64,000 nt of DNA, taken from Geopsychrobacteraceae bacterium. GTDB taxonomy: Bacteria; Desulfobacterota; Desulfuromonadia; Desulfuromonadales; Geopsychrobacteraceae. This document shows positions 10,278-18,251 of the stretch, piece after piece (position 1 is the stretch's first letter; every line of letters begins with the position of its first letter). Under the pieces are notes generated by a model, which worked only from the letters and a program-made list of their open reading frames with translations, made no database searches and was not told the DNA's origin. Location: contig CAXXTB010000002.1 in assembly GCA_963676795.2 (NCBI GenBank), positions 576,001 to 640,000 on the forward strand. The letters are read 5' to 3'. Both the position numbers and the translations under genes were made by a program.

Positions 10278-12256
10278 AACTGATTCACAAAATAGTGTCT
10301 GTTTTCAGTTTTGTCGGCGTTTGCTGTATGTCCGCAACCATCGTTTTCGGAGCTGAAGGGACATTGAGCCAGCTTAAATCGATGAGCCTGGAAAACCTGA
10401 TGCAGATCGAGGTTTTTTCGGCATCGCTGAAGGATGAACAGCTCTCTGCAGTTGCCAGTGCCGTCTATGTCATTGACCGTGAAGACATCCGCCGCAGCGG
10501 AGCCCTTACCCTGCCGGAACTGCTGCGCGGAGTCCCGGGAATCGATGTCATCAGAGTTGATTCCCACACCTGGATGATCAGTGCTCGCGGTTTCAACGGG
10601 TTGTTCGCCAACAAGCTGCTGGTCCTGATGGATGGCCGGACCCTCTATACGCCACTTTTTTCAGGTGTCTATTGGGATATGCAGGACACCCTGCTGGAGG
10701 ATATCGAGCGGATCGAGATCATTCGCGGTCCCGGTGCGACGGTCTGGGGCGCCAACGCCGTCAACGGCGTCATCAACATCATGACCCGCCATGCCGATGA
10801 TACCGGCGGTGGTTTTGTCCGAACTGGCGGCGCGACCCCTGAAGAAGGTCTGTTGAGCGGCCGGATCGGCCAGAACCTGGGTAACTTTTCTTATCGGGTA
10901 TTTGGCAAGGCCCTGGAACAGGATGGCTACGAGGCCGCCTCAGGCGGCGATCTGTATGACAACTGGAAAGAGCAGATCGCCGGATTCCGTATGGATTGGC
11001 AGACTTATACCGGACATGAGCTGACCCTTTCGGGAGACCTTTATCGTGGTGAGGGACACCAGCAGATAAAGATCGATGAGGGCGCCGAAGGTACGGGTTC
11101 CTACGACGATTCCGGGGGCTACCTGCAGCTGCAGTGGCAGAAACAGACCTCGGAGTGTTCCCACTGGTCGCTGCAGTCATACCTTGACCGGAATCTGCGT
11201 GATGATCTCTACGTCAAACAGGGGCGGACAATCTGGGACCTTTCCCTGACCCATGTCTACGATCTGAGTGAGGCACGGCAGAGTCTGGTCTGGGGCGGAG
11301 GATATCGTTATTCGAGTGATAATACCTCCTTCGGGCTTTACAGTGGCCTGGATCCGGCAGCTGTCGATGAAGACCTGTTCAGCCTGTTTGTTCAGGACGA
11401 TATCACCCTGATCGATGAGTCTTTGCATCTGATTCTCGGCTCCAAGTTTGAGCACAACGACTATACCGGTTTTGAGGTGCAGCCAAACATGCGTCTGGTC
11501 TGGACGCCGTCCGCCAGGCAGACAGTCTGGGGAGCCGTGTCAAGGGCGGTTAGAACTCCTTCCCGTATGGAGTTCGATACCAGATTTTACTTCGAGGACG
11601 TTAATGCGTATGGTACCTATGCGGCGATAGGTAGCGGAAATAGAGACTTCAAATCGGAAGAACTGCTGGCTTATGAGCTAGGTTACAGGTTGCAGCTGAA
11701 CGAGAGGTTCTCAGTTGATCTGGCTTTATTTTATAACGATTATGATAATCTGCGAGTGGATACGCAGAGATTTGTGGTTGTTTCTTATGCTCCCCTTGTT
11801 GTGGAAGTTCCGATGTCTTTCAGCAATGATATGACAGCAGAGAGTTACGGTGCCGAACTTTCAGCCAAGTGGACGCCTGTTGACCTCTGGCGTCTCAATT
11901 TCGGTTATTCCTGGCTGAAAATGTTCTTTCATTATGATGCGTCTGAAGCTGTTGAGCCATTTTATCTGATCGAAGAATCGACCCCCGAGCATCAGCTCAG
12001 CCTCAAATCCTATGTCGATCTTCCCTACGATCTGGAATGGGATACCTTTCTCTACTATTTCAGCTCCTATAATGATGTCGATGCTCATCTGCGCTGCGAT
12101 ATCCGTCTGGGCTGGCAGCCTTCTGATAAATGGGAGCTGAGCGTCAAGGTCGAGAGTCTGTTCGATGACAGCTACCGTGAGTCCTATGATGGTTACGGGG
12201 TGGTCAGCGGTGAAGTGCCGAGAACGTTTTTTGCGGAAGTGAAGTATCGCTTCTAG
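10274..12256 (+). CDS. TonB-dependent outer-membrane receptor 2, paralog of receptor 1
   Basis: Signal peptide, [27 protein letters not shown], ends ...VKYRF; ATGA overlap with the kinase. Confidence 0.93.
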   Translation: MKLIHKIVSVFSFVGVCCMSATIVFGAEGTLSQLKSMSLENLMQIEVFSASLKDEQLSAVASAVYVIDREDIRRSGALTLPELLRGVPGIDVIRVDSHTWMISARGFNGLFANKLLVLMDGRTLYTPLFSGVYWDMQDTLLEDIERIEIIRGPGATVWGANAVNGVINIMTRHADDTGGGFVRTGGATPEEGLLSGRIGQNLGNFSYRVFGKALEQDGYEAASGGDLYDNWKEQIAGFRMDWQTYTGHELTLSGDLYRGEGHQQIKIDEGAEGTGSYDDSGGYLQLQWQKQTSECSHWSLQSYLDRNLRDDLYVKQGRTIWDLSLTHVYDLSEARQSLVWGGGYRYSSDNTSFGLYSGLDPAAVDEDLFSLFVQDDITLIDESLHLILGSKFEHNDYTGFEVQPNMRLVWTPSARQTVWGAVSRAVRTPSRMEFDTRFYFEDVNAYGTYAAIGSGNRDFKSEELLAYELGYRLQLNERFSVDLALFYNDYDNLRVDTQRFVVVSYAPLVVEVPMSFSNDMTAESYGAELSAKWTPVDLWRLNFGYSWLKMFFHYDASEAVEPFYLIEESTPEHQLSLKSYVDLPYDLEWDTFLYYFSSYNDVDAHLRCDIRLGWQPSDKWELSVKVESLFDDSYRESYDGYGVVSGEVPRTFFAEVKYRF

Positions 12257-12269
12257 ATAAAACGCCCGC

Positions 12270-12304
12270 GTCGCGTTCCGGAGTTGGGGACCCCGGAACG
12301 CGAC
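12270..12304. terminator. Hairpin between convergent TBDR2 and trpG
   Basis: GTCGCGTTCCGG-N11-CCGGAACGCGAC. Confidence 0.6.
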
Positions 12305-12312
12305 AAGGCTCT

Positions 12313-12975
12313 CTAGCAATGGTAGAGAAAATTCCGAATCATCTCCTTGCCACCTTCGGTGGCGAATGATTCGGGGTGAAACTGAATGCCGTAGATCGGC
12401 CAGTCTTTGTGTTTGACGCCCATGATCTCGAAGTCTCCGCCAGCTTTGATCTTCTCGCGGTTGGTGAAATCTTCCAGTCTCAGTTCGCCGACCGCCGAGG
12501 TCACCTCCAGGCAGTCGGGCAGGCTTTCCGCCTCGGCAATCAGCGAATGATAGCGCATGATCTCCAGTTCGGTCGGGATACCGGCAAAAACACCTGTGCC
12601 GTCATGGTCGATCAGGCTGGTTTTGCCGTGCATCGGCAGTGGTGCCTTGACGACACGGCCGCCGAAGACATGGACGATCCCCTGCATCCCCAGACAGACG
12701 CCGAGCAGTGGTGTGACCGGCCCCACCTCACGGATCACTGAGGCACAGACACCGAAGTAGTGTTCATCATCCGGAGATCCCGGCCCCGGTGAGATGATGA
12801 TCCGCTCGGCAGCAAAGGTTTTGACTTCTTCGAGGCTGATCTCGTCGTTGCGTTTGACCAGGATCTCGAAATCGTCGATCTTGCCCGCCTGCTTGTCGCT
12901 GCTTAAGATCTCACCGATATACTGATAGAGGTTGTAGGTGAAGGAGTCGTAGTTATCGATAATCAGCACCTTCAT
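12313..12975 (-). CDS. trpG: Anthranilate synthase component II (glutamine amidotransferase)
   Basis: IIDNYDSFTYNL, SPGPGSP, LGVCLGMQ, MRYHSL, GIQFHPES. Confidence 0.93.
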   Translation of the reverse strand: MKVLIIDNYDSFTYNLYQYIGEILSSDKQAGKIDDFEILVKRNDEISLEEVKTFAAERIIISPGPGSPDDEHYFGVCASVIREVGPVTPLLGVCLGMQGIVHVFGGRVVKAPLPMHGKTSLIDHDGTGVFAGIPTELEIMRYHSLIAEAESLPDCLEVTSAVGELRLEDFTNREKIKAGGDFEIMGVKHKDWPIYGIQFHPESFATEGGKEMIRNFLYHC

Positions 12976-14378
12976 CAGAACTTCTCCTTGTCTTGTTCGG
13001 CCACAAACGGCGCCATCGCGGTCTTGGTTCCGGCAAACTTGCGCTGAATCTCGAGGTATTCGTCAGCCGGGTTGGAGTCAAATACGTTCCCGCCGCAGGT
13101 CTGCACGTAGGCCTGCTCCCCCCTGGCGAAGATAGTGCGGATCGGGATGGCGAAGGTGCAGTCGCCGTTGAAGGAAAAGTGCCCGACCGCGCCACCGTAG
13201 GGGCCGCGACCGTCAGTCTCCATGGCGTTGATGATCTTCATCGCTTCGATCTTCGGTGCGCCGGTCAGGGTGCCTGCCGGAAAGTTGCTGGCCAACGCCG
13301 AGAACATGTCCTGATCTTCGGCCATGATGCCGACGATCTCGCTGCTGATGTGCTGAACATGGCTGTAACGTTTGATGTCCATCAGGTTGCGCACCTTGAC
13401 GGTGCCGAAGCGGGCCACCCGTCCGATGTCATTGCGGTGCAGATCGACCAGCATGTTGTGCTCTGCGATCTCCTTCGGATCGTTAAGCAGCTCGCGTGCC
13501 AGAGCGACATCCTCCTGTGGCGTTGCTCCGCGTTTGGTCGTACCGGCCAGCGGAAAGGTTTCCATCTCCCCCTGGCGCAAGCGGAAGAGTAGCTCCGGGC
13601 TGGCGCTGATCAGCTTCTGGTCGCCGAACTTGAGGAAGAACATCTGTGGTGACGGATTGATCTCGCGCATCTTTTCGTAGAGGTTGATACAGTCCCCTTC
13701 CAGTCTGAAGCGTTTCTTGAAGCCGACTTCACACTGGAAGATCTTGCCGTCAATAATGTTCTGCTTAACCTCCATAACTGCCGCGGCATGTTCCTCGCGG
13801 GTCATGCTGTCGCCTAAGGGGGTGATGCGCAGCTCACCGTTGCCGGGGTAAGGGGTGGCGAGCAGTTCCTCGATCAGGGCGATGCGGCTGTCGTCGTAGT
13901 AGAAGTAGATCAGCTCACCGGTCATCTTGTCGTAGATCAGACCGTCCTTGAACAGGCCGAAACGGAAGACGTCGAAATCCTCGCTGGTCTGCATCTTCAA
14001 GGAGGGCTCAAAATAGTTCATCGCATCGTAGGAGAGGTAGCCGGTCAGGCCGCCTGCATATTTGCGCGACAGGACATCCTGTGGAATGATCTCGCGCAGC
14101 AGGTAGTATGGGTTGTCGCTTACGTAGGTCTGCTGTCGGCCGTCACGATCCTCGACGGTCAACTGATCGCCGTTGGCGAACAGCTGCTGCTCCGGGTCGA
14201 AGCCGATCAGGGTGTGACGGGCGACATAGCTCTCCTCGCCGAGCGATTCGAGGATAAAACAGTTGTCGAAACGTTTCTCGACCTTTTTGAACAGCTCGAA
14301 ATAATCGCAGCTGCCGGTAATGGTCACGTAGTGCGGCTTGCGCGGCAGACGTATCGGCCGCGGTTTCTCTGAACTCAT
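12975..14378 (-). CDS. trpE: Anthranilate synthase component I
   Basis: FILES, NPYY, NPSPQM, SASPE, PLAGT, KEIAEHNMLVDLHRND, FPAGTLTGAPK; lies between trpR and trpG. Confidence 0.88.
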   Translation of the reverse strand: MSSEKPRPIRLPRKPHYVTITGSCDYFELFKKVEKRFDNCFILESLGEESYVARHTLIGFDPEQQLFANGDQLTVEDRDGRQQTYVSDNPYYLLREIIPQDVLSRKYAGGLTGYLSYDAMNYFEPSLKMQTSEDFDVFRFGLFKDGLIYDKMTGELIYFYYDDSRIALIEELLATPYPGNGELRITPLGDSMTREEHAAAVMEVKQNIIDGKIFQCEVGFKKRFRLEGDCINLYEKMREINPSPQMFFLKFGDQKLISASPELLFRLRQGEMETFPLAGTTKRGATPQEDVALARELLNDPKEIAEHNMLVDLHRNDIGRVARFGTVKVRNLMDIKRYSHVQHISSEIVGIMAEDQDMFSALASNFPAGTLTGAPKIEAMKIINAMETDGRGPYGGAVGHFSFNGDCTFAIPIRTIFARGEQAYVQTCGGNVFDSNPADEYLEIQRKFAGTKTAMAPFVAEQDKEKF

Positions 14379-14623
14379 GGTTTCTGCCTCTCCTTTAATG
14401 CTCTGGCTCCGCGTGAGACCGTAGCGATCCCCACGCCCAACTCCTCAGCGACCTTACGCTGCGGCACGCCGGCTTCGAGCATTCTGAAAATCTGCAGTCG
14501 GTTGGTTATTTCAGCAAACTCGGCCGGTGTCAGCAGGCCGCGGAGGGCTTCTTCCATCGCTTCGGGAGTCTGAACGGCAAGCAGATAATCGATCAGTTGT
14601 TGGATGTGATCTTGTGTATTCAT
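14375..14623 (-). CDS. trpR: Short TrpR-family repressor
   Basis: LLTPAE...PQRKVAEELGVGIATVSRG resembles the E. coli TrpR HTH (GIATITRG); first gene of trpEG. Confidence 0.85.
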   Translation of the reverse strand: MNTQDHIQQLIDYLLAVQTPEAMEEALRGLLTPAEFAEITNRLQIFRMLEAGVPQRKVAEELGVGIATVSRGARALKERQKP

Positions 14624-14643
14624 GTACTAGTAGGCTAGTACAT
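14622..14643. promoter_or_regulatory. TrpR operator
   Basis: Palindrome ATGTACTAG-TAGG-CTAGTACAT; core GTACTAGTAGGCTAGTAC vs canonical GTACTAGTTAACTAGTAC. Confidence 0.85.
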
Positions 14644-14659
14644 TTGTGAAATATGTCAA
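14632..14659 (-). promoter_or_regulatory. Sigma70-type promoter of trpR-trpE-trpG
   Basis: Minus strand TTGACA-16 nt-TAGCCT, 8 nt upstream of the trpR ATG. Confidence 0.6.
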
Positions 14660-14859
14660 GCTCTTTTTTATAAGGTTCGAATCGGAATTTTTGTGGCAGT
14701 TTGAAGGGCGTTGCGCGGGGAGGTCTGATCAATAAAGCCAGTTGTTTGCTGCTTGAAAATTATGTTGCTAAACTAAATGACCTGCTGTGTTGCAGGGCTG
14801 CCGCAACCTTGTGTTTTTGTTGAAGCCGATGCGCAATTGCTGAAAAGAGGAGTAGGCAA

Positions 14860-15054
14860 ATGAAAAAGTATTTAGTTGTCGTTTTGCTTTTACTGCTGGC
14901 TGGCTGTTCAGCCCGGGAAATCTACGAAACCGGCCAGGTTCTGCAGCAATATCAATGTTCGCAGATCCAGGATTACCACGAACGCAAGCGCTGTATGGAG
15001 GGGGCGCAAACCTCTTACGAGCAGTATCGGGATGATCTGGATTCCGATAAATAA
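14860..15054 (+). CDS. Small lipoprotein of unknown function
   Basis: MKK + hydrophobic core + lipobox LAGC; GAGGAG RBS; two further Cys. Confidence 0.8.
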   Translation: MKKYLVVVLLLLLAGCSAREIYETGQVLQQYQCSQIQDYHERKRCMEGAQTSYEQYRDDLDSDK

Positions 15055-15225
15055 CCGTCTTGAAGCGGACTGCTTTTTCTGTCCTGATCCTTATCCCGTC
15101 TGGTCCGATCAGTTCGGATGAGAGGCTTCCCCTTCTGCCTTGCGCTGTCCTGACTTTCTGGATTTAAATTCTGAATAGCAAGTATAGGTCTGATCGAAAT
15201 AATCAATTTGCTTTGACCGTCAAGA

Positions 15226-15783
15226 ATGGCTGACAATGATTTCCCTCTGAATAGGGGGGATTTTTTGTCGATATTGAATTTTCATCAGTTTGCCAAGAGC
15301 CGCCCGGCCCGGTTGTTTTATGTTTGCGGGAGCCTGCTGCTGGTCGTGGTTTTTCTTTGGTCCGGGGTGAGCAAAGCCTTTTCTCCCGTGCTGTTTTCTG
15401 AAACGATCGGTGCCTACGGTTTAATCCCGGAATCGCTCAATCTGGCTGCGGCTATTTTTTTGATTATTGCCGAGATAGTTGTCGCCGTCGGCCTGTTGTT
15501 TGGCCGGTTGTGGGCGCTGAACGGTACAACCGTCCTGATGCTGCTGTTTATCGGCGTGCTTGGTTACGGGATCTATCTTGGACTGGATATCGATTGCGGT
15601 TGTTTTGGCCCTGAGGATCCTGAGGCCGCCGCTTTTCATAATTTGCGCTCTGCATTTTATCGTGACCTGCTGTTGATGGTGATTGTCGCCTATCAGTATT
15701 TCTGGCGCTTTATTAATCGATCGAAGCACCTAATAACCCCGGCTGCGGCCGGATTTTTCAAGAAGGAGAGGATAAGCTCATGA
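15226..15783 (+). CDS. MauE/DoxX-family membrane protein (start uncertain)
   Basis: About 4 TM helices, SGVSK, GLDIDCGCFG, RDLLL. Confidence 0.85.
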   Translation: MADNDFPLNRGDFLSILNFHQFAKSRPARLFYVCGSLLLVVVFLWSGVSKAFSPVLFSETIGAYGLIPESLNLAAAIFLIIAEIVVAVGLLFGRLWALNGTTVLMLLFIGVLGYGIYLGLDIDCGCFGPEDPEAAAFHNLRSAFYRDLLLMVIVAYQYFWRFINRSKHLITPAAAGFFKKERISS

Positions 15784-16292
15784 AACGTTTAGTATTGGCA
15801 ACTCTGTTGATTCTGATGCTGGCAACAACAGGTTTTGCTGCAAACAAGTTCAAGCAGGAAGTTGAGACGGAAACCGTTGCAGTCAAACTGAACCGCGAGG
15901 TAGCGCGTGGCGGTTACGACCTGGTGACCACCGCCGAACTGAAATCCTGGATCGACGCCGGCAAGGAGATGGTCATCGTCGATACCATGCCGTATGAAGC
16001 GAGCTATAAAAAAGCCCACGTCCCGGGTGCAAAGCAGTTCCTGTTCCCGATCCCGGACATGGATCAGTGGGAGAGCAAGGAAACCGACGGAAAATCTCAG
16101 GAAGACTACGTCGCGCTGCTCGGTCCTGACAAAGAGAAAACCATCGTTGTTTACTGCGGCTTTGTCAAATGTACCCGCAGCCACAACGGTGCCGCCTGGG
16201 CCGAAAAACTCGGTTACAAAAACGTCTACCGTTACTCCGGCGGTATCTTCGCCTGGAAAGGCGCCGGTTACGATGCTGAAAAGGTCGACTGA
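15780..16292 (+). CDS. Exported rhodanese-like protein 1
   Basis: Signal peptide, IVDTMP, AHVPGA, active-site loop YCGFVKCTRSH, GGIFAW. Confidence 0.9.
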   Translation: MKRLVLATLLILMLATTGFAANKFKQEVETETVAVKLNREVARGGYDLVTTAELKSWIDAGKEMVIVDTMPYEASYKKAHVPGAKQFLFPIPDMDQWESKETDGKSQEDYVALLGPDKEKTIVVYCGFVKCTRSHNGAAWAEKLGYKNVYRYSGGIFAWKGAGYDAEKVD

Positions 16293-16320
16293 TCGCTAAG
16301 TCCGCGATTTTGTCACTATG

Positions 16321-16350
16321 GGGCGGGAGAATTTTTCTCCCGCCTTTTTT
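16321..16350 (+). terminator. Intrinsic terminator
   Basis: GGCGGGAGAA-TTT-TTCTCCCGCC followed by T6. Confidence 0.8.
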
Positions 16351-16477
16351 GTCGCTATTTGTTTTTTGAATGATGACGGGTAGCCTGATTGAGATTATCC
16401 GTTTGACCCGAAAGCTGTCTTTGCTCTGTAATATTCGAATATACAACTATTTTTTCTAAAAAGTATTCAGGAGACAG

Positions 16478-16909
16478 TTGATGAAGAAAGTATTATTGCT
16501 GGTGATCGTTTTCGCCTTTGTCGTGCCCCTTCCCCTGACCGCTCTGGCAAAAGACTACCGTTATATGTCTGCGGCAGAAGTCAAAAGCAACATGGAAAAA
16601 CATGCGGCGCTCACTCTGGTCGATATTCAGGTGGAAAATGAGTTTGCTGAACACCACATCAACAGTGCTGTAGCCACATATGCCTACCCGGTGAAAAGCG
16701 ACGAAGATAAGCAGAAGATGGCGGCTGTGACCAATGCGCTGCTGGGCAACAATGATCTGGCGGTTGTGGTCTGCCCACGTGGTGCCGGAGGCGCCAAGCG
16801 CGCCTATGACCATCTACTGGCCTCCGGAGTCGCTGAAGAGCGCCTGTATATCCTGACCGACGGTCAGGCCAAGTGGCCCTATCCGGAGCTGCTCGCCCCG
16901 GCGAACTGA
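16478..16909 (+). CDS. Exported rhodanese-like protein 2
   Basis: Signal peptide, LVDIQ, HHINSA, VVCPRGAGG, ILTDGQAKWP. Confidence 0.85.
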   Translation: MMKKVLLLVIVFAFVVPLPLTALAKDYRYMSAAEVKSNMEKHAALTLVDIQVENEFAEHHINSAVATYAYPVKSDEDKQKMAAVTNALLGNNDLAVVVCPRGAGGAKRAYDHLLASGVAEERLYILTDGQAKWPYPELLAPAN

Positions 16910-16989
16910 TCCTGAAGACTGAGAAAATTCGGAGTTACAGCGCTACCGACAGGCTGCTTTGACCGGGGTCGGTATCGCTGACTATTTGT

Positions 16990-18099
16990 GTGAGAATGGC
17001 ATTGAAACAGGATTTGTCCCTGCAACCGGCTCCGGAGCAAAACCGGAATGCCGCCACGATTATGGCCGAGATGGTCGCAGCTTGCACCTCCTGCGGGAAA
17101 TGCGTGAGCCCCTGCGCATTTTTACGCAAACAGGGAGCACCTGCGGCTATCGCTGCAAACGGCAGTGGCGCCGAAAATCTCATGCTTGCCTATGACTGTT
17201 CTCTGTGCGGGCTGTGCGATGCACACTGTCCCTTGGGGCTCACCCCCTCGGCGATGTTTCTCGCCATGCGCCGCCAGGCCGTTAGCGAAGATCTGCTTGA
17301 TCTCAAGCCGTACAGGCCACTGTTGAGTTACGAACAGCTGGGTGGTTCAGCCCTGTTCCGCCGCGATTTTATTCCGCAGGGTTGTACAACCGTCTTTTTC
17401 CCCGGCTGTTCATTGCCGGGGACGCGTCCCGCAGCGCTCAGATTGCTGTTTCGCCAGCTGCAGCGCCAGGATGCGGCGATCGGCCTGGTTCTTGACTGCT
17501 GCGGTAAAATATCCTCCGACCTTGGCCTGGAGGAACGCTTTGAGACCCTCTTCGAGCGTCTTTTGCTCCGGTTGAAAAATCAAGGAATTACCCGTGTTCT
17601 GACCTCCTGCCCGGGATGTACCAAAACACTTGAATCGAACAGCCTCGGAATCAGCGTGATGAGCATTTATCCGTTGCTGGCTGAGGCTGAACCTTCAGCG
17701 GTTTCGGCAGGGCGGGGTGTCGTCGCGGTTCATGACCCCTGTACGGCGCGCTTTAATCTGCCGCAGCAACAGGCGGTGCGCCGTTTAATTGAAAACCGCG
17801 GCTATCAGGTCCGGGAACTCCCCTTTCATGGGGCGAAGACCCGCTGTTGCGGACAGGGGGGGATGGTCGAAGCGCGTGTTCCGGGGACGGTCAGCAAAGA
17901 AGCCTCAGTCATTGGTGAAAAGACAAACGTGCCGCTGATCACCTCCTGTGCTGCCTGCTGCGATGCGCTCTCGCAGGTGGCTGAGGTGGCTCACATCGCT
18001 GATCTGTTGACGGGCAGGGATGAGCTGCATGTCAAGCCGCCATCCTCTTTGCGCCGCTGGTTGAACAGGCTGAAGCTGAGATGGTCCCGCCTCGAGTGA
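16990..18099 (+). CDS. Fe-S protein with two CxxCxxCxxxC motifs and two CCG domains (HdrD/GlpC-like)
   Basis: CTSCGKCVSPC, CSLCGLCDAHCP, FFPGC, DCCG, SCPGC, HDPC, RCCG, SCAAC. Confidence 0.9.
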   Translation: MRMALKQDLSLQPAPEQNRNAATIMAEMVAACTSCGKCVSPCAFLRKQGAPAAIAANGSGAENLMLAYDCSLCGLCDAHCPLGLTPSAMFLAMRRQAVSEDLLDLKPYRPLLSYEQLGGSALFRRDFIPQGCTTVFFPGCSLPGTRPAALRLLFRQLQRQDAAIGLVLDCCGKISSDLGLEERFETLFERLLLRLKNQGITRVLTSCPGCTKTLESNSLGISVMSIYPLLAEAEPSAVSAGRGVVAVHDPCTARFNLPQQQAVRRLIENRGYQVRELPFHGAKTRCCGQGGMVEARVPGTVSKEASVIGEKTNVPLITSCAACCDALSQVAEVAHIADLLTGRDELHVKPPSSLRRWLNRLKLRWSRLE

Positions 18100-18251
18100 G
18101 TTTCTTGCTGCTCCCGCTGTTGCCCTATTGCTCCTTTCAATCTTCACCAACAGGGGTGTTTCAGGTATGATTCCGGGGCATTCCGATCATCTTGGCGGAG
18201 TATATTGCTCTTCTCATTGAACTTAAGAACACAAAGCCCGGAAAGTCAGCT

